A stretch of DNA of 63,856 nt, counting the filler, from Aduncisulcus paluster (taxonomy: Eukaryota): the NCBI GenBank assembly GCA_024181965.1. It is 27 parts of 27 records of this genome, joined end to end, with 100 filler letters (N's around TTAATTAATTAA, not from the genome) between each part and the next. Parts side by side here need not be neighbours in the genome. Positions count along the whole stretch, not along the records: positions 33,869 to 40,661 come from BQXS01000220.1; positions 40,762 to 44,593 come from BQXS01000221.1; positions 44,694 to 46,408 come from BQXS01000222.1; 24 more parts are not named here. One strand, 5' to 3'. The notes under the pieces are model-generated. The model was not told where the DNA came from. It made no database searches and worked only from the letters and a program-made list of their open reading frames with translations. Made by a program: the position numbers and the translations under genes. Positions within the stretch are counted from its first letter, which is position 1. Every line of letters starts with the position of its first letter. This document shows, piece by piece, positions 33,871 to 46,508 of this stretch.

Positions 33871-36800
33871 AGTGGTGCACTTCCGACGTGGGAAGTTGTT
33901 CCTACTGGGTCTATTGGAATAGATGGTGGATACGAGCCATGTCAAGAGCTTAGACCTGGACAAGGATACCTCACTGTTACTGAAAAGGACGATCTTGATC
34001 CATCTGGCTTCAGTGTTCTGGCTTCGTATGACACTCCAAGTGGGGCTTCGTGTCCTGTGGTTTGTGTAGTCGATGGGTATGAATTGAATCTCGATACAAA
34101 TGATTGTGATGTCGTGAGTGAAGTTGGACATTATAAGGATGCTTCAGATGAGTTGGTTTCGTGTATGTTCTTCTCGGAAAAACATAGTTATTCATATCAC
34201 GAAGGATCAATATACACAGATTCTAGTGCGACTATTCCAACTCAACACGTCGTGTGGCACCAAGCAATTGATGAAAATAGTATTTGTAAGTGTTCATGTA
34301 TGTATTCTGATGAACTCTTGATTGTAGAAGATAATATTTTCAAGTGCATTTCTTTCAATGACACGAATATTGTTCCAAAGCAATTCTTCAATTTTGAGGA
34401 CAATATTCCAGTGATGTCTGTCCATCCGGATATTGATATTCATAGTGCTCCTTTGAATGAATCTTCTTCCTTTTTCCAAGTTAAAACACTGATGGAGTTC
34501 AATTCGAGTGTGAATGATACTGAAGTGTTTCAATTTGATGAAGATGAATTCAATTTTTTCAGAGATTCAAGTTATTTGCCTCTGTTGGACTACGATGAGT
34601 GTTTTAAACCAGTTTGGAAGAATGTGTATGGTAGTTCCCAACAATATGATATCTTTACCGATGGTGTGTTTTTCCAAACTTTCGTCTCATTCAGAGACCC
34701 TGAAATTGCTGTAGACACGTTTACAATGGGGTTATCGGATGTGTTTTATGTGCTGATTCATGATACCTCAACCACTCTTGAAGTATCAATCCATCTTCAT
34801 GATAAATTGAAAGGGTTCTTCTTCAACCCATCTGATCCATCAGAATTTGAATTTGACAATTCTGAATCAACATTTTCGTATTTGTACGATGATATTGAAT
34901 ATCAACCATTGTTTGGATTCCATCTGACCGTGTCAATCGCTCCTCTAAATTATGATTATGCTGGTTACATTGCTATTGAAGAATTTAAGATTGAACTCGA
35001 TTCTTCAGTATTGGAGAAAATTGAAACTTTCTTGAACCTGCGAAATGATTCACGGNNNNNNNNNNNNNNNNNNNNTGAATATCAACCATTGTTTGGATTC
35101 CATCTGACCGTGTCAATCGCTCCTCTAAATTATGATTATGCTGGTTACATTGCTATTGAAGAATTTAAGATTGAACTCGATTCTTCAGTATTGGAGAAAA
35201 TTGAAACTTTCTTGAACCTGCGAAATGATTCACGGATATCATATTTGCTCTCTATAGCTTCTTCCTCGGTCTCAACTGACATTATGGAAGATTCTTTGCA
35301 AAACAGAATTGAACGATTCGAAAATTATACCGAAGAAGTTTTGACTCGTTCTGATGAATATGTAAGTCAAATTGAATCCATGATGTATTGTAATACGATC
35401 TTTACAACGACTGATGCCTTTTCTGAGGCTAGTTTTATCATGCCTCCGTATGTTATTCATGGATATGGATTCAGACCAAACATTCTCACTGATCTCCTCG
35501 GTGCCACAAACCTTATTAGCGTGTCTTCACCAACCTTCTTTGACAGCCAAGATGAAAGAGAAAATGAAATGGACGGCTTTATTTACCCATTCATTAGTTC
35601 AGATCCAAACTTTCTTTCTTATCCATTGACTGCATACGAGGAAATTGATGGAGATATTTTTTTGTTTAGTCACGATTGGTTTGCATTTATTATCGACAAT
35701 GCTTCAGAAATTGAAGTCTCTATTAGTGTGCTCGAGAGGGATGAGAATCAATGGAAGTATGATGATAATATTCAGTGTATGGTGATGTCATCAGATGACA
35801 TCATTTCATGTGAGTCAATTGCTGTTCATACTGGGGATATTGTATTTCTATCATCATCTTTCTCCCCGTATTTACGAAGAATATTAATATTTGAGGGATC
35901 AAATGAAGATATTAATGTTGTTTTGTATGGACTAGATGAATGGAATCCATTGAATGAAGCAAACTTTACGGGAACTGATTGGATTAATGAGAAGCTCTCC
36001 CAGTTCAAATATAAACTGATATCGTCTTATGAGTCATTTCTTCTTGGGAATTTTCAAGGATCCACTCCATTTGAACTGTTTTCGATATCCCAGTGCAGCA
36101 CATGCAATGTTTATATTCCTAATTCCTTTGAAGCATTCAATTCTTCTCTCCTTCCTTTGTGGCCATATGAATGTAACTCTGACGCATTCCTTCCTGTATA
36201 TGATACTTCTATTGATGCTCCACTTCTTTCTCAGGACCAAAAACAAGTATCTTGTCGAATTCCAAAAAGATCTGAAGATGAAAGTCCTCCAAATGAGTTA
36301 TATTCACGATTTGGATTAACTTTTGAAAATACTTCATATGCTTACATTCCATATAAAATTGAGGGGAATTTTGATGATGGAACATATTGTATTTTCTTTG
36401 AAAGGGGAGATATTGCATCAGAGAATTCGTTTGCTGCATTAGACCCGTCTATCGTATGTGAATGGGGAGAATCAAGTGAACTTCTGTCAATATGGGAAAA
36501 ATCCATTGATTCCTTTGAGGAATTTAGTTCCATTGTTTCTCAACTCTCTCCGGTATCTTCATATATTACTGATATGAACATATGTTGTCAACTCGATAGC
36601 CTCAAGAAAGAACCGAATGACTTGATTGTTATTGGTGGATTTGGAGAAATGATTCCTTCGTTTGTTACAAAATTATCCATTCCCGTTCCTCTTCAAACCC
36701 CGACGATAGCCATATATTTGGATAAGAGAATCATTGTTATTGAGAATTACATTTCATATTTGAAGTATTTTTGGACCAAAGAGGAGAAAAATATCTTGCA

Positions 36801-38055
36801 ACTTGAGTGCTCAGCTGTTGTCGATGATATTCCTTTCACCATAATCTCATCTCTCCGGTTGTGCAGTGCAGGGTTGTGTGCTTCATATGATGATTCTTAT
36901 GAATTGTTCTTTGGAAGTGAGAAAGAGGTTTTTTGTAGAATTATCGCGAATCAGATTTCTTTTGGATCAAAGATGAGTTTTTCTTCTTCCTATTCCTCCA
37001 AGATATTTGTTGATTCAGCTCTGTGGGATTATTCTCAAGCTTCTTTCTCAACCACACGTTCCTCAATTCTCTCTGCTGCAATCAGTTCCTCAATTTCTGA
37101 ACAATTGTCTTCTGCTTATTCGTTTGATGATGTTGTTCTCTCTCCTTCTCTGAGAGCTTTGCTAAATCTTGATGCTCCATTTGATGAAATTTCAGTTGAT
37201 TCTATCCTTCCATTTGGCCATTCTATATCTATTTGTCTCGAAGATACTAATATATTCGATGTTTCTGTCTTCTGGTCTCTTGATTCAAAAGAATCATATT
37301 CATATCAAGTCATTCCTCAGGTTAATGATAATTGTATTTCGTTTTTAACGCCATCGTTACCAATAATGAGAGAAATTGGAGATAAATTTGAAAAGGGAGG
37401 TTCATTTTGGAATATTAATGTTGAAGGGACCAGCATCAACGAGGGGAAATTAGTTTCATTCTCAAGTTCTGCTAGTGCTTTGATAGTTCCGATTGAATTT
37501 GTTGACATTACCGCCACCCTTGGAATATCAAGAAAAAGAAATATTGACGGGAATGAGGACATTTTCATTTCTACAAATAGTCCTGTCAAAATATTGATTC
37601 AACCCATCAGAGAATTGCTTACGACCACAATTAAAACTTTAATGAATGAGTGTGTGTCATCTTTGAACTCAACATTCACATTTCAAGAAATTGAAAATTT
37701 TGATGAAGTGTTCTTGTTACAAGAATCAACAGCAATTTCTTTGGAAAAAGAAGACACTTTTGACAATCTCATTGTTTGCACAGCACCAGCAAATGCCGTG
37801 TATATTGATGGATTTACTGATCCAATTCTGTTTATATCTTCAAGAACTATCTCCCTTGTTACTGAGGCACCTATAACTCCAACGCTTGAAGAAGACGATT
37901 CAAGTGATGAAGAAGAGGAAGAAGTTCCATTATTTGTTGAGAATAATACAACAAAAGGGATGTATTGTACTACTTTGGGAAGTAATCTTCTTCTCCTTGG
38001 AATTCTATTTATTGGGGTAATTGTGATTGGAAAATTGACGATTGACACAATTTAA
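33871..38055 (+). CDS. Large acidic type I membrane/surface protein (5' partial)
   Basis: Frame of more than 1300 codons open from the contig edge, with a C-terminal TM helix; duplicated segment across the gap at 35056. Confidence 0.8.
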   Translation, partial: SGALPTWEVVPTGSIGIDGGYEPCQELRPGQGYLTVTEKDDLDPSGFSVLASYDTPSGASCPVVCVVDGYELNLDTNDCDVVSEVGHYKDASDELVSCMFFSEKHSYSYHEGSIYTDSSATIPTQHVVWHQAIDENSICKCSCMYSDELLIVEDNIFKCISFNDTNIVPKQFFNFEDNIPVMSVHPDIDIHSAPLNESSSFFQVKTLMEFNSSVNDTEVFQFDEDEFNFFRDSSYLPLLDYDECFKPVWKNVYGSSQQYDIFTDGVFFQTFVSFRDPEIAVDTFTMGLSDVFYVLIHDTSTTLEVSIHLHDKLKGFFFNPSDPSEFEFDNSESTFSYLYDDIEYQPLFGFHLTVSIAPLNYDYAGYIAIEEFKIELDSSVLEKIETFLNLRNDSRXXXXXXXEYQPLFGFHLTVSIAPLNYDYAGYIAIEEFKIELDSSVLEKIETFLNLRNDSRISYLLSIASSSVSTDIMEDSLQNRIERFENYTEEVLTRSDEYVSQIESMMYCNTIFTTTDAFSEASFIMPPYVIHGYGFRPNILTDLLGATNLISVSSPTFFDSQDERENEMDGFIYPFISSDPNFLSYPLTAYEEIDGDIFLFSHDWFAFIIDNASEIEVSISVLERDENQWKYDDNIQCMVMSSDDIISCESIAVHTGDIVFLSSSFSPYLRRILIFEGSNEDINVVLYGLDEWNPLNEANFTGTDWINEKLSQFKYKLISSYESFLLGNFQGSTPFELFSISQCSTCNVYIPNSFEAFNSSLLPLWPYECNSDAFLPVYDTSIDAPLLSQDQKQVSCRIPKRSEDESPPNELYSRFGLTFENTSYAYIPYKIEGNFDDGTYCIFFERGDIASENSFAALDPSIVCEWGESSELLSIWEKSIDSFEEFSSIVSQLSPVSSYITDMNICCQLDSLKKEPNDLIVIGGFGEMIPSFVTKLSIPVPLQTPTIAIYLDKRIIVIENYISYLKYFWTKEEKNILQLECSAVVDDIPFTIISSLRLCSAGLCASYDDSYELFFGSEKEVFCRIIANQISFGSKMSFSSSYSSKIFVDSALWDYSQASFSTTRSSILSAAISSSISEQLSSAYSFDDVVLSPSLRALLNLDAPFDEISVDSILPFGHSISICLEDTNIFDVSVFWSLDSKESYSYQVIPQVNDNCISFLTPSLPIMREIGDKFEKGGSFWNINVEGTSINEGKLVSFSSSASALIVPIEFVDITATLGISRKRNIDGNEDIFISTNSPVKILIQPIRELLTTTIKTLMNECVSSLNSTFTFQEIENFDEVFLLQESTAISLEKEDTFDNLIVCTAPANAVYIDGFTDPILFISSRTISLVTEAPITPTLEEDDSSDEEEEEVPLFVENNTTKGMYCTTLGSNLLLLGILFIGVIVIGKLTIDTI

Positions 38056-39408
38056 TAATTTTTGTTTTACTATTTTTGTTTTATTTTAACCAATTTTCGA
38101 TTTGTTGACAACATTTTTTTTTTTTTTCTATTTTTAGGAAATCTATTTTTAGACACAAACTTGTTTGTGTTTCTTAAATGATTCAATATGATATGAATAA
38201 ATAATTCTTTTCAATATTTAAAAACTTTTATATATTTTTATAGTTGATTTCTGTATTAATTCCAGAAAATCTTCGCTAAATTAAGAAAAAAACATATGTA
38301 GCAGTTCCTTATTATTTTATTTAATATTCTATTTCTTTATAATTTGCGGGGAGAGAAAGTCATCAAAAACGCTATAGATTGACGCCTTCAATTGGCGTTA
38401 TCTTTTTGTTGATTTGCTTACTTTGCATTTCTATGATATTTTTCTTTATTATTATTGGTCCTTCTTTTACTTCCTCAAGTGATATTTTGACAAATTTAGA
38501 GATCATTTCTCCATCTATTGTTCCTTTTTCAACACTTTATGAGGAAAAGAAGGCGGAATACAAGGACAAAAAGGATTATTTGGAAACTGTGCCATCTCAA
38601 AAACCTTCACATCTATTAAAACGGGGAAAATCCCGAAAACACAAGCATAAAACTCCGAAAAAATATCGTTAATGGAAATATATTCAGGGAAAAGATTGGG
38701 TTGTTCTATTTTTAGAAATTCTATTTTTAGAACATCATTTTTCATTATTCCTTTCATTCATGCTAAATTCATCAAAAGTGCTCGTATTTACAACTTTTTG
38801 ATTTGTATCTCCAATTATTCTTTCAATATTTTTGTCATGGCGGATTTTCTTCGATAACTTTGCAGCGATCACCAGAGCTCGATAACTTCCGCTTTGTCCA
38901 ATCCGATCAATATATTCTTTTCTATGTGTTGATTTATAGCAGTTGAACTGTAATGAACATATTTTTACTCATTTTGGTTCAGATCGAGATTATTTGAAAA
39001 ATGGACAGTAAAAATTCTAAAACGGGGATTATGTACAAATAATGAAAATACCATGTAAAAATCCATAAAATTGGAAGAAATATTGCTTTGAATTTCTATT
39101 TTTAGAAAATCTATTTTTAGAACATGGATTTCTATTGACATTTATATTGGCTTCAAGCTTGTGAAAAGGACGAAAAACTTTCGTATTTCCTTCGAAATCG
39201 CACCTTTCCCATTTCAAATGTAACTGTATTTTAATATTTTCTCATAAATAAGTGATTAGGCGCGTTATCATTACAAAATTATTTTCCAGCCTTTGCAGTT
39301 ACACTGCGACATCAGCCTGAGATGTCACATTCATAAATTACCAATGAGCCAATTTCTATAATACTAATAGGATTACAAAATTTCACCATAAAAACTTTAT
39401 GCCACCTT

Positions 39409-40661
39409 TTATTTCTTCACTAATTGATCTTGAACCATCTTATCTTCAGCCGCTCTCCTTTTCCCAGGCAGATCTGGCTCAATTTTTTTTTCCATTTCTT
39501 TCCCTTTCTCCTGAGTTATTTCCATTTCTTGGACTGGGAGTGTTTTCTTTGGTTTTCGCATGTCCAACAACTGTTTTGGCAGTCCCTTTCGTTTGCATGA
39601 AATGAAGTTAATCATTCCCATTCTTCTTCTGCCCTGAACTCGCATGATATGATCCTTAAAATTGGTCAGAGCGGGCATTAATTGAACTGGAGGCCTGGCC
39701 TTTCGTCTTTCCTTCAGTTCAGCGGCCGATAAGCCTTCATCTTCCCTAGGAATTCCAAATTTCAGCCCAATACATAGCCATCCACTCTTACTCGTGCCTC
39801 TAGCATCAATATCAGAACTATCATTGATGATCTTGGGGTATATTCGTATTTCTTCAATAGGAATGGGGACATATTGGCGTTTTTTGGATATATCTTCGAG
39901 TTGGTAAAGTAATTGCCTGGCATGAGCCTCCACAAGACCTCGGAAAGACCGGTATTCAAGTGAAGAAGCAGAGGAAACTCGCAAGAGAAGAAAAGATTTG
40001 AACGAGGAAAAAAAATCGAATTCCTCGAATAAACTCTCCCATATAGCCTCCATGGAAGATTTTATTTCACCCATCTTGGCGACATCCTTTGCTTTTGCTT
40101 CCTCGTACTGCTGTCTTAACTCCATATCTTCCTTTATCTGGTCTCCTTCTCCTTGTTCTTCCTTGACTTCAAGTTTGTCAACTGGTTCATCTGATATATC
40201 TTCTTTGTCTCCTTTTCCCACCTTCTCTATTACACCTTCTTTTCCTCCTTCTTCCTCCTGATCCTCTTCTTCCTCTTCCTCCTCTTCCTCCTCTTCAAAA
40301 TCCTGCCACGCTAAAGATAATAAGAATCCAGGATCATCATCACCACTTCCTATATCTTCTCCATCACCATTCTTTGTCTCTTTGTACTCATCCGACGTCT
40401 TGGTAGAACGATATTCACCAGACGTAGTTTTAGTTGAAGTTGAAGAAGATAGAGCTGTGACATCTTTCCCTCTCCCCTCGACATCTGTAGCACATTTATC
40501 AGCAGAAAGAGTTGTGTCATTATTATTGTTCCCACTATTGCGCACCTTTGAAGTCACATACAACTCTCGTCTTCTCAGCCTCTCTTGATCTGCTCGAAGT
40601 TCCCAAGCCCTTCTAAGGTCTCCCAACTGAGCCAACAAACTATCTATCTCTCGGATGCTCT
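39409..40661 (-). CDS. Hypothetical protein with acidic tract (5' partial)
   Basis: Frame of more than 400 codons. Confidence 0.7.
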
Positions 40662-40761
40662 NNNNNNNNNNNNNNNNNNNNNNNNNNNNNNNNNNNNNNN
40701 NNNNNTTAATTAATTAANNNNNNNNNNNNNNNNNNNNNNNNNNNNNNNNNNNNNNNNNNNN

Positions 40762-43738
40762 GTTCAACTTTTCCACTAATCCCAGCCATTTCAAACTCAG
40801 AAATGTCACACAATGTACCTTCGGCATAGTCTGCAGCTTCACAGACGGAGGTTCTGAAATTATCATCGGGAATATAAAGTTGGAATTCATAGGAATCACA
40901 GTCATCTCCATACCAGGCAGATCGACACCCACATGTGATGGAAGAATTGCCTTCCTCAAGAACAGGCATCATAGTGGAATGACCCTCACACACTTGACAA
41001 CGAATGGCATCATCAACGGCGCTAGAGGAAGACACACACGTTGCACTGGCTGTATCGTACACATACCCACTAGCACACGCAGCAACACAGGAACCACTCG
41101 CTTTGTCAAGATAGTACCCATGCCAGCACTCAACAGCCCAGCGACCAGGATACACTTCACGGCACACTTGGTGATCAGCGGAGGACACAGACGCAGAACA
41201 ATGGCAGGTCTGGTCAGAATATGTCACAGATGAGAGGGCAGTGAATTTGGCTTGTAACTCACTCACCATTCCATCAATGTCACAGATGTTGTTACCACTG
41301 ATGTCAAGAGTGGTAAGGATTCCAGCAGGGAAGATATCTTCAGTGATGAGCACAGAAACATCAGAGATGGAGTTATCGGAGAGATCGAGGGTGGTCAACT
41401 TGAAGGGTTGGGTTATCGGATCACCAGAAGCAATTGGAGTTAGGTCCAATATATCACTGACTTCAGTTAATCCACACCCACTTACAGACAAAAATAGCAA
41501 ACCACTATCAATGGAACCATAATCGTTCGTATAACTCACTGTCTTTGCTAAGATCTGAACAACCAGTTTATCATACTCGGCGTTAGAATTGGTATCTCCA
41601 CTCAAATCATATCCATCAATATAGAGACCTAGCATAGAGGTGGCATATTCAAGACCTTGGAGTGTCGTAATCTCGTTCACATCAGAAATATTAGAGCTAT
41701 CCGTGACAATGTCAGATAACTTGAGGGTGGCACATCCAAAAACTCTCAAACTAGCAATACTAATGACACCATTACTTTCAATGCCACCGGACGTCAAACA
41801 TCCATTATCAGAGAGGTATGCTCGTATTTCATCGTCATGAACAGTATAACACTCACCATTATCACCTTCCTTGGCAATGAATGCACACTCTTTAGAATCA
41901 ACTCCATCAAGACTGTTGTACACCTCATTCAGGACAACGGAAGGACATTGGTCTTCTGTTCCAGGATCACAGTAATATTCTCCTGCGACAGCATTAAGGG
42001 GGCAGCTGTTGGGTAGATAATACTGATATAAAGAAGAAGAATTTGTATCAAAGGTAGGAAAAACACTGGTAAGGAATACTCGATACTGGGTGTCCGTCTC
42101 TGAACGACAAATGGGAATTCTAGCTGTTGTATAATCAGTATTGGCGACAGGGAGCATGGCTATTCCGNNNNNNNNNNNNNNNNNNNNAATGAATGCACAC
42201 TCTTTAGAATCAACTCCATCAAGACTGTTGTACACCTCATTCAGGACAACGGAAGGACATTGGTCTTCTGTTCCAGGATCACAGTAATATTCTCCTGCGA
42301 CAGCATTAAGGGGGCAGCTGTTGGGTAGATAATACTGATATAAAGAAGAAGAATTTGTATCAAAGGTAGGAAAAACACTGGTAAGGAATACTCGATACTG
42401 GGTGTCCGTCTCTGAACGACAAATGGGAATTCTAGCTGTTGTATAATCAGTATTGGCGACAGGGAGCATGGCTATTCCGATATTCCTGAATAGCACAGAA
42501 ATATCGTAAATGGACTCATTTCCGGTAATGTCAACATAATACAGCCTATTCATTACGTATAAAGAGGAAATATCATAAACATTTGTACTGTAGGTAGTGT
42601 CATCTGTCTTGTATGGGTGGAAGGAGACAAGCTGAGTTAGTGCAGAAAATGGAGCCACACTGGTGATATCGGTGAAGTCGCAATAAAATTCGGAAATATT
42701 GATTAAATTCTGGGCACCCTCAAAGGTCTTAATACTTATGTTTTCCAACATAATTGATCCAGTAAAGGTGGCCATCTCGAATTCGGTTAGATCACATTGT
42801 TCGTCGTCATATCCATAGGCTTCACAGCCCTTTGCTCTAAATAGCTGGTCAGGGATGTAAACTGAGAATCTGTCATCGCAAGAATCCCCATACCAGGCAA
42901 CTCGACAAGCAGTAGTCGGAGATAAGGCATGTTCCTCATAATAACACATAGTGTTTCCATCAATATATGCAGAACACTGTGAACTAGAGTCTTCGAGACA
43001 TGATAGAGTACTTTCGGCAAAATAATAGCCAGATTCACATTCAGCAGCATAATGACCAGAATAAATTTCATTACACTCCAAATGGTCACTCTCAGAAATA
43101 TAACGACCACATTCAACAGAAAATCCATACTGGCAGTTGTCTCCACTATATCCAACGTCACACTCACCATGCACAGATTGGAGCATTGTGAGAAGAGCAA
43201 AGAAGAAGAGAAGAGAGTTGATTGGGAATGAGATACGCCTAGAAGGAGCAGATAGAAAGGGTATCGATTGAAAACTACCCATATATATCATTGACTTGAG
43301 GAGAATTGTTATACTCAAGCCGAGAAAAGACAAAAGACAAGAGGGGTAAAGTGGGGGTTTCTCAACCGTGGTGGTGTCGTGAACATCGGTGGGAACACAA
43401 ACTTTTTGCAGAGAGAAGGCGGCACGATCAACAAAATGGTGAAATGACTCCATTATCATCGGATTTGACGATCCCTCGTCATCAAATGTTTGTGGAATTG
43501 AAAGACAAGCATATCCTCCATATCCCTCTCTTTTAGTAGGAGAAATAATAGAATTGTTCAGGTCACGCAGTGATTGTAATTGACCTAGCGGGTGATAAGA
43601 CTTCCTGCTTGAAGGCTCATATAAAACTTCGGAAATAGAAGAACACAAGAGTAAAGGTATGATAATACATAAAATACAAAAGATAATAAACAATAAATTC
43701 GAAAAAATAGATTTTCTAGGTGAGAGAAAACCACCCAT
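40762..43738 (-). CDS. Cys-rich EGF-like / LRR surface protein (3' partial)
   Basis: CRVAWYGDSC, ITTLQGLEYA, LDLSDNSISD, LDISGNNICD; paralogous to 9599. The start codon is uncertain. Confidence 0.85.
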
Positions 43739-45280
43739 GGAAAAACAGCGATACAATCTGTTTTTATGGGTATATTCCCCAGAAAATAGTACTTTAATTA
43801 CTCTTGATTTTGTTTTATCCAATCTAAATACAATCATTATCGGATGTTATATACAAAAATGCTTTTTTTTGAGATCTGCTTCTATTGTAAAGCTATCGGA
43901 ATATTAAAATTGGTTAATAGTTCAAAATACGATAAAATCGAAGAATTTTTATTAATGATGCATCTATTTATGCCATAGGATGAAAGAGCTACTCTCCGAA
44001 GGAATCGGTGTCATAAGAATTGTATTGTATGAAATCGCACAAATCAGCATCAATGTGATGTAATACGTTGAAACAAACAATTATATGATTGCCACGCAAA
44101 GTAATCCCATTCACAGCCAAAAGTGTCAGTGTTGTTTGTGACCGTGATATGAGGAGGGTGTTGTTGTCAATAACACCATAACATAAGTATTGAATAGAAT
44201 TTCATTGTATTGACTGTCTTTTGTTTTTTTTCATCTGTTTTGAGAGAGAAACGTAGAAACTTTAAGAAACACTCCTAACCCGAAATCCCCTTGTCTGAGT
44301 CTATTATTGACAATTAATTTCCCAAATAAATCATGTCGAGATACCCCAATCAACACCAATGTGAGCGATCATTGTCTTGTTGTAATCCAACGATTTTGGC
44401 AAAATCTCATTTTACACCGCCTTGCAAGCCATAAAATAGTATCTTGATGGAAGTTGTCTTATTAATATACATTCATGGTACTATTCTGATGATAAATTTC
44501 GGTTGAACCCTTGCTCTGCCAGTGTCAATCATTTCAAACCAATCATCTGCAATCCGAACAGAAAATCAATCTGATCGATTTTGAATCGTCAACNNNNNNN
44601 NNNNNNNNNNNNNNNNNNNNNNNNNNNNNNNNNNNNNTTAATTAATTAANNNNNNNNNNNNNNNNNNNNNNNNNNNNNNNNNNNNNNNNNNNNCATAGAC
44701 AAACAAGACATGTAAGACGGTCGAAATAGACAAGCACCGTACATATTGTATGATTTGGAGCAATTCAAAACGGATTGAAACAAGAAGAAAGTAGAACAGA
44801 TGGATTCATAGAGGATAGGAAGGTAGTTCATCCAAAAGGACCATCCTAACAAGGAATGCCAGCTAATTGAACCAGAAAAATAGCAAAAAGAAGACAGAAG
44901 CCCATGATAAAAATATTTCCGTATTTCCTCAGATAATATGACAAAACAAAACAAATACAGTCGGAAATACCATGGAAAGTCGATATACCTTCGGGAAATA
45001 CAAAAAGAATCGGAAGAATATGATTAAACGACGAAGAAACGACGGCGGAAAGAATCGAGAAAATATGGGTTTTCGAAAGAAAATACAATCGAAGATGAGT
45101 TGGGAAAGGTATAATAATAGCTTAAAAATATCATAGGAAGGAAGAAAAATTAGCAAGCCGAAGGAAAAAGAGCAAATTTCACAAAAATTATAAGAACAAG
45201 AAATATCAGAAGTAAGAACACGATAAATGTTTCTGAAATATATATAAATCATATATTTATAAATTATAATGGTAAAAAAT

Positions 45281-45925
45281 TGTTAAGAATAGAGTGAAAA
45301 AATCAAATTTCAAAATAATACAAAACGAAAGGAAAATTCAGAATAATAATAATGATTAAAGAAGTGCAAAAAGAAATAATTGAATTTTAACCCGTTAAAA
45401 TGTTCAAGAAATACATCTATTAGTGAATTACCAATGGGAAAGCAATTCTAGAACGATATAGGAATAATGGAAGTGATATAAGAAACAAAAAAGCACCCTA
45501 AACCATAATTTTAATAATATTAAAAGAGAATATCATAAAAAGAAATCAAAAATAACCAAATACGGGAAATTTTGAAAAACGACCAGGTTGCCGACGGAAA
45601 CTCGCCGGCTGACCGGTTGGGAGGAGGAAGGGATGCTGTTGGTTTAATAACCTTTATAATGATGGTGGAGCAAATTTACTAGTTTGAGAATAAAAGAATG
45701 CGCGAAGAAAGGTAAAATATAGTCTGTAAAGAAACACAAAAACTTTCAAATATGATCTTCGGTAATAGGATGGTAATAAACATTCTAATATCGAAATAAA
45801 TATATTAATTAAAATCGTATTATAAAATATGTATTAAATATTCAATAATAATACTCCTTAAAGAAAATAATAAAAACGTCTGCTTTTGGCAACAGCCGTG
45901 TTATTCTAACACTGCCCCTCCTTTC
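45281..45925 (-). mobile_element. PPT and 3' LTR of a chromodomain retrotransposon
   Basis: PPT GAAAGGAGGGGCAG (45912-45925), then TGTTAGAATA at 45911. A candidate inverted end TGTTAAGAATA lies at 45281; this far end is uncertain. Confidence 0.6.
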
Positions 45926-45964
45926 AAAGGGATTAACAATAAATAATGCGGATGTTCCAAAACG

Positions 45965-46408
45965 TTATTTCTTCTTCCTGCCTCTTTTCTTGGAAGGACG
46001 TTCCCCACTCTGAATCACCGCAGAAAAGATTTCGGGGTGTTGTAATAAGTAAATTTCAAATGGAATCAGCTCCAATACGTCTTTTAACGTGAGCCATTGT
46101 TCAGAGTCATCCATGTAATGGGCCAACACCTCCAGCTTCTTTCCGACGAATCGGTGGTCAGAAATCAGAGTAATGGGCCAGGCTACTGTGTCAGCAGACC
46201 TGCAGGCTTTTAAGTCGTCCAAAGTATGGCTTCCTAGAACGTGGAACATGTTGGAGTGTGGGACAGAAAACGTCTCCTTATTCAATAAATCTTTCACCTT
46301 GTATTTGTATCTTGATACGACCTCTGCAATTTGGAAAGGACCGAGGAGCATTGGTTGGAGACCTCGACCAGCAGACTGGTTCTTGATCCAGACAAAGTCA
46401 TCCATCTT
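45965..46408 (-). mobile_element. Ty3/Gypsy integrase C-terminus (GPF/Y motif plus degenerate chromodomain)
   Basis: LQPMLLGPFQI...YKV; WPITLISDHR...LEVLAHY...EQWL. Confidence 0.85.
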
Positions 46409-46508
46409 NNNNNNNNNNNNNNNNNNNNNNNNNNNNNNNNNNNNNNNNNNNNTTAATTAATTAANNNNNNNNNNNNNNNNNNNNNNNNNNNNNNNNNNNN
46501 NNNNNNNN

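Noticed and set aside
38379-38672. Small membrane ORF
   Set aside because: No convincing start codon, AT-rich context and no homology evidence.
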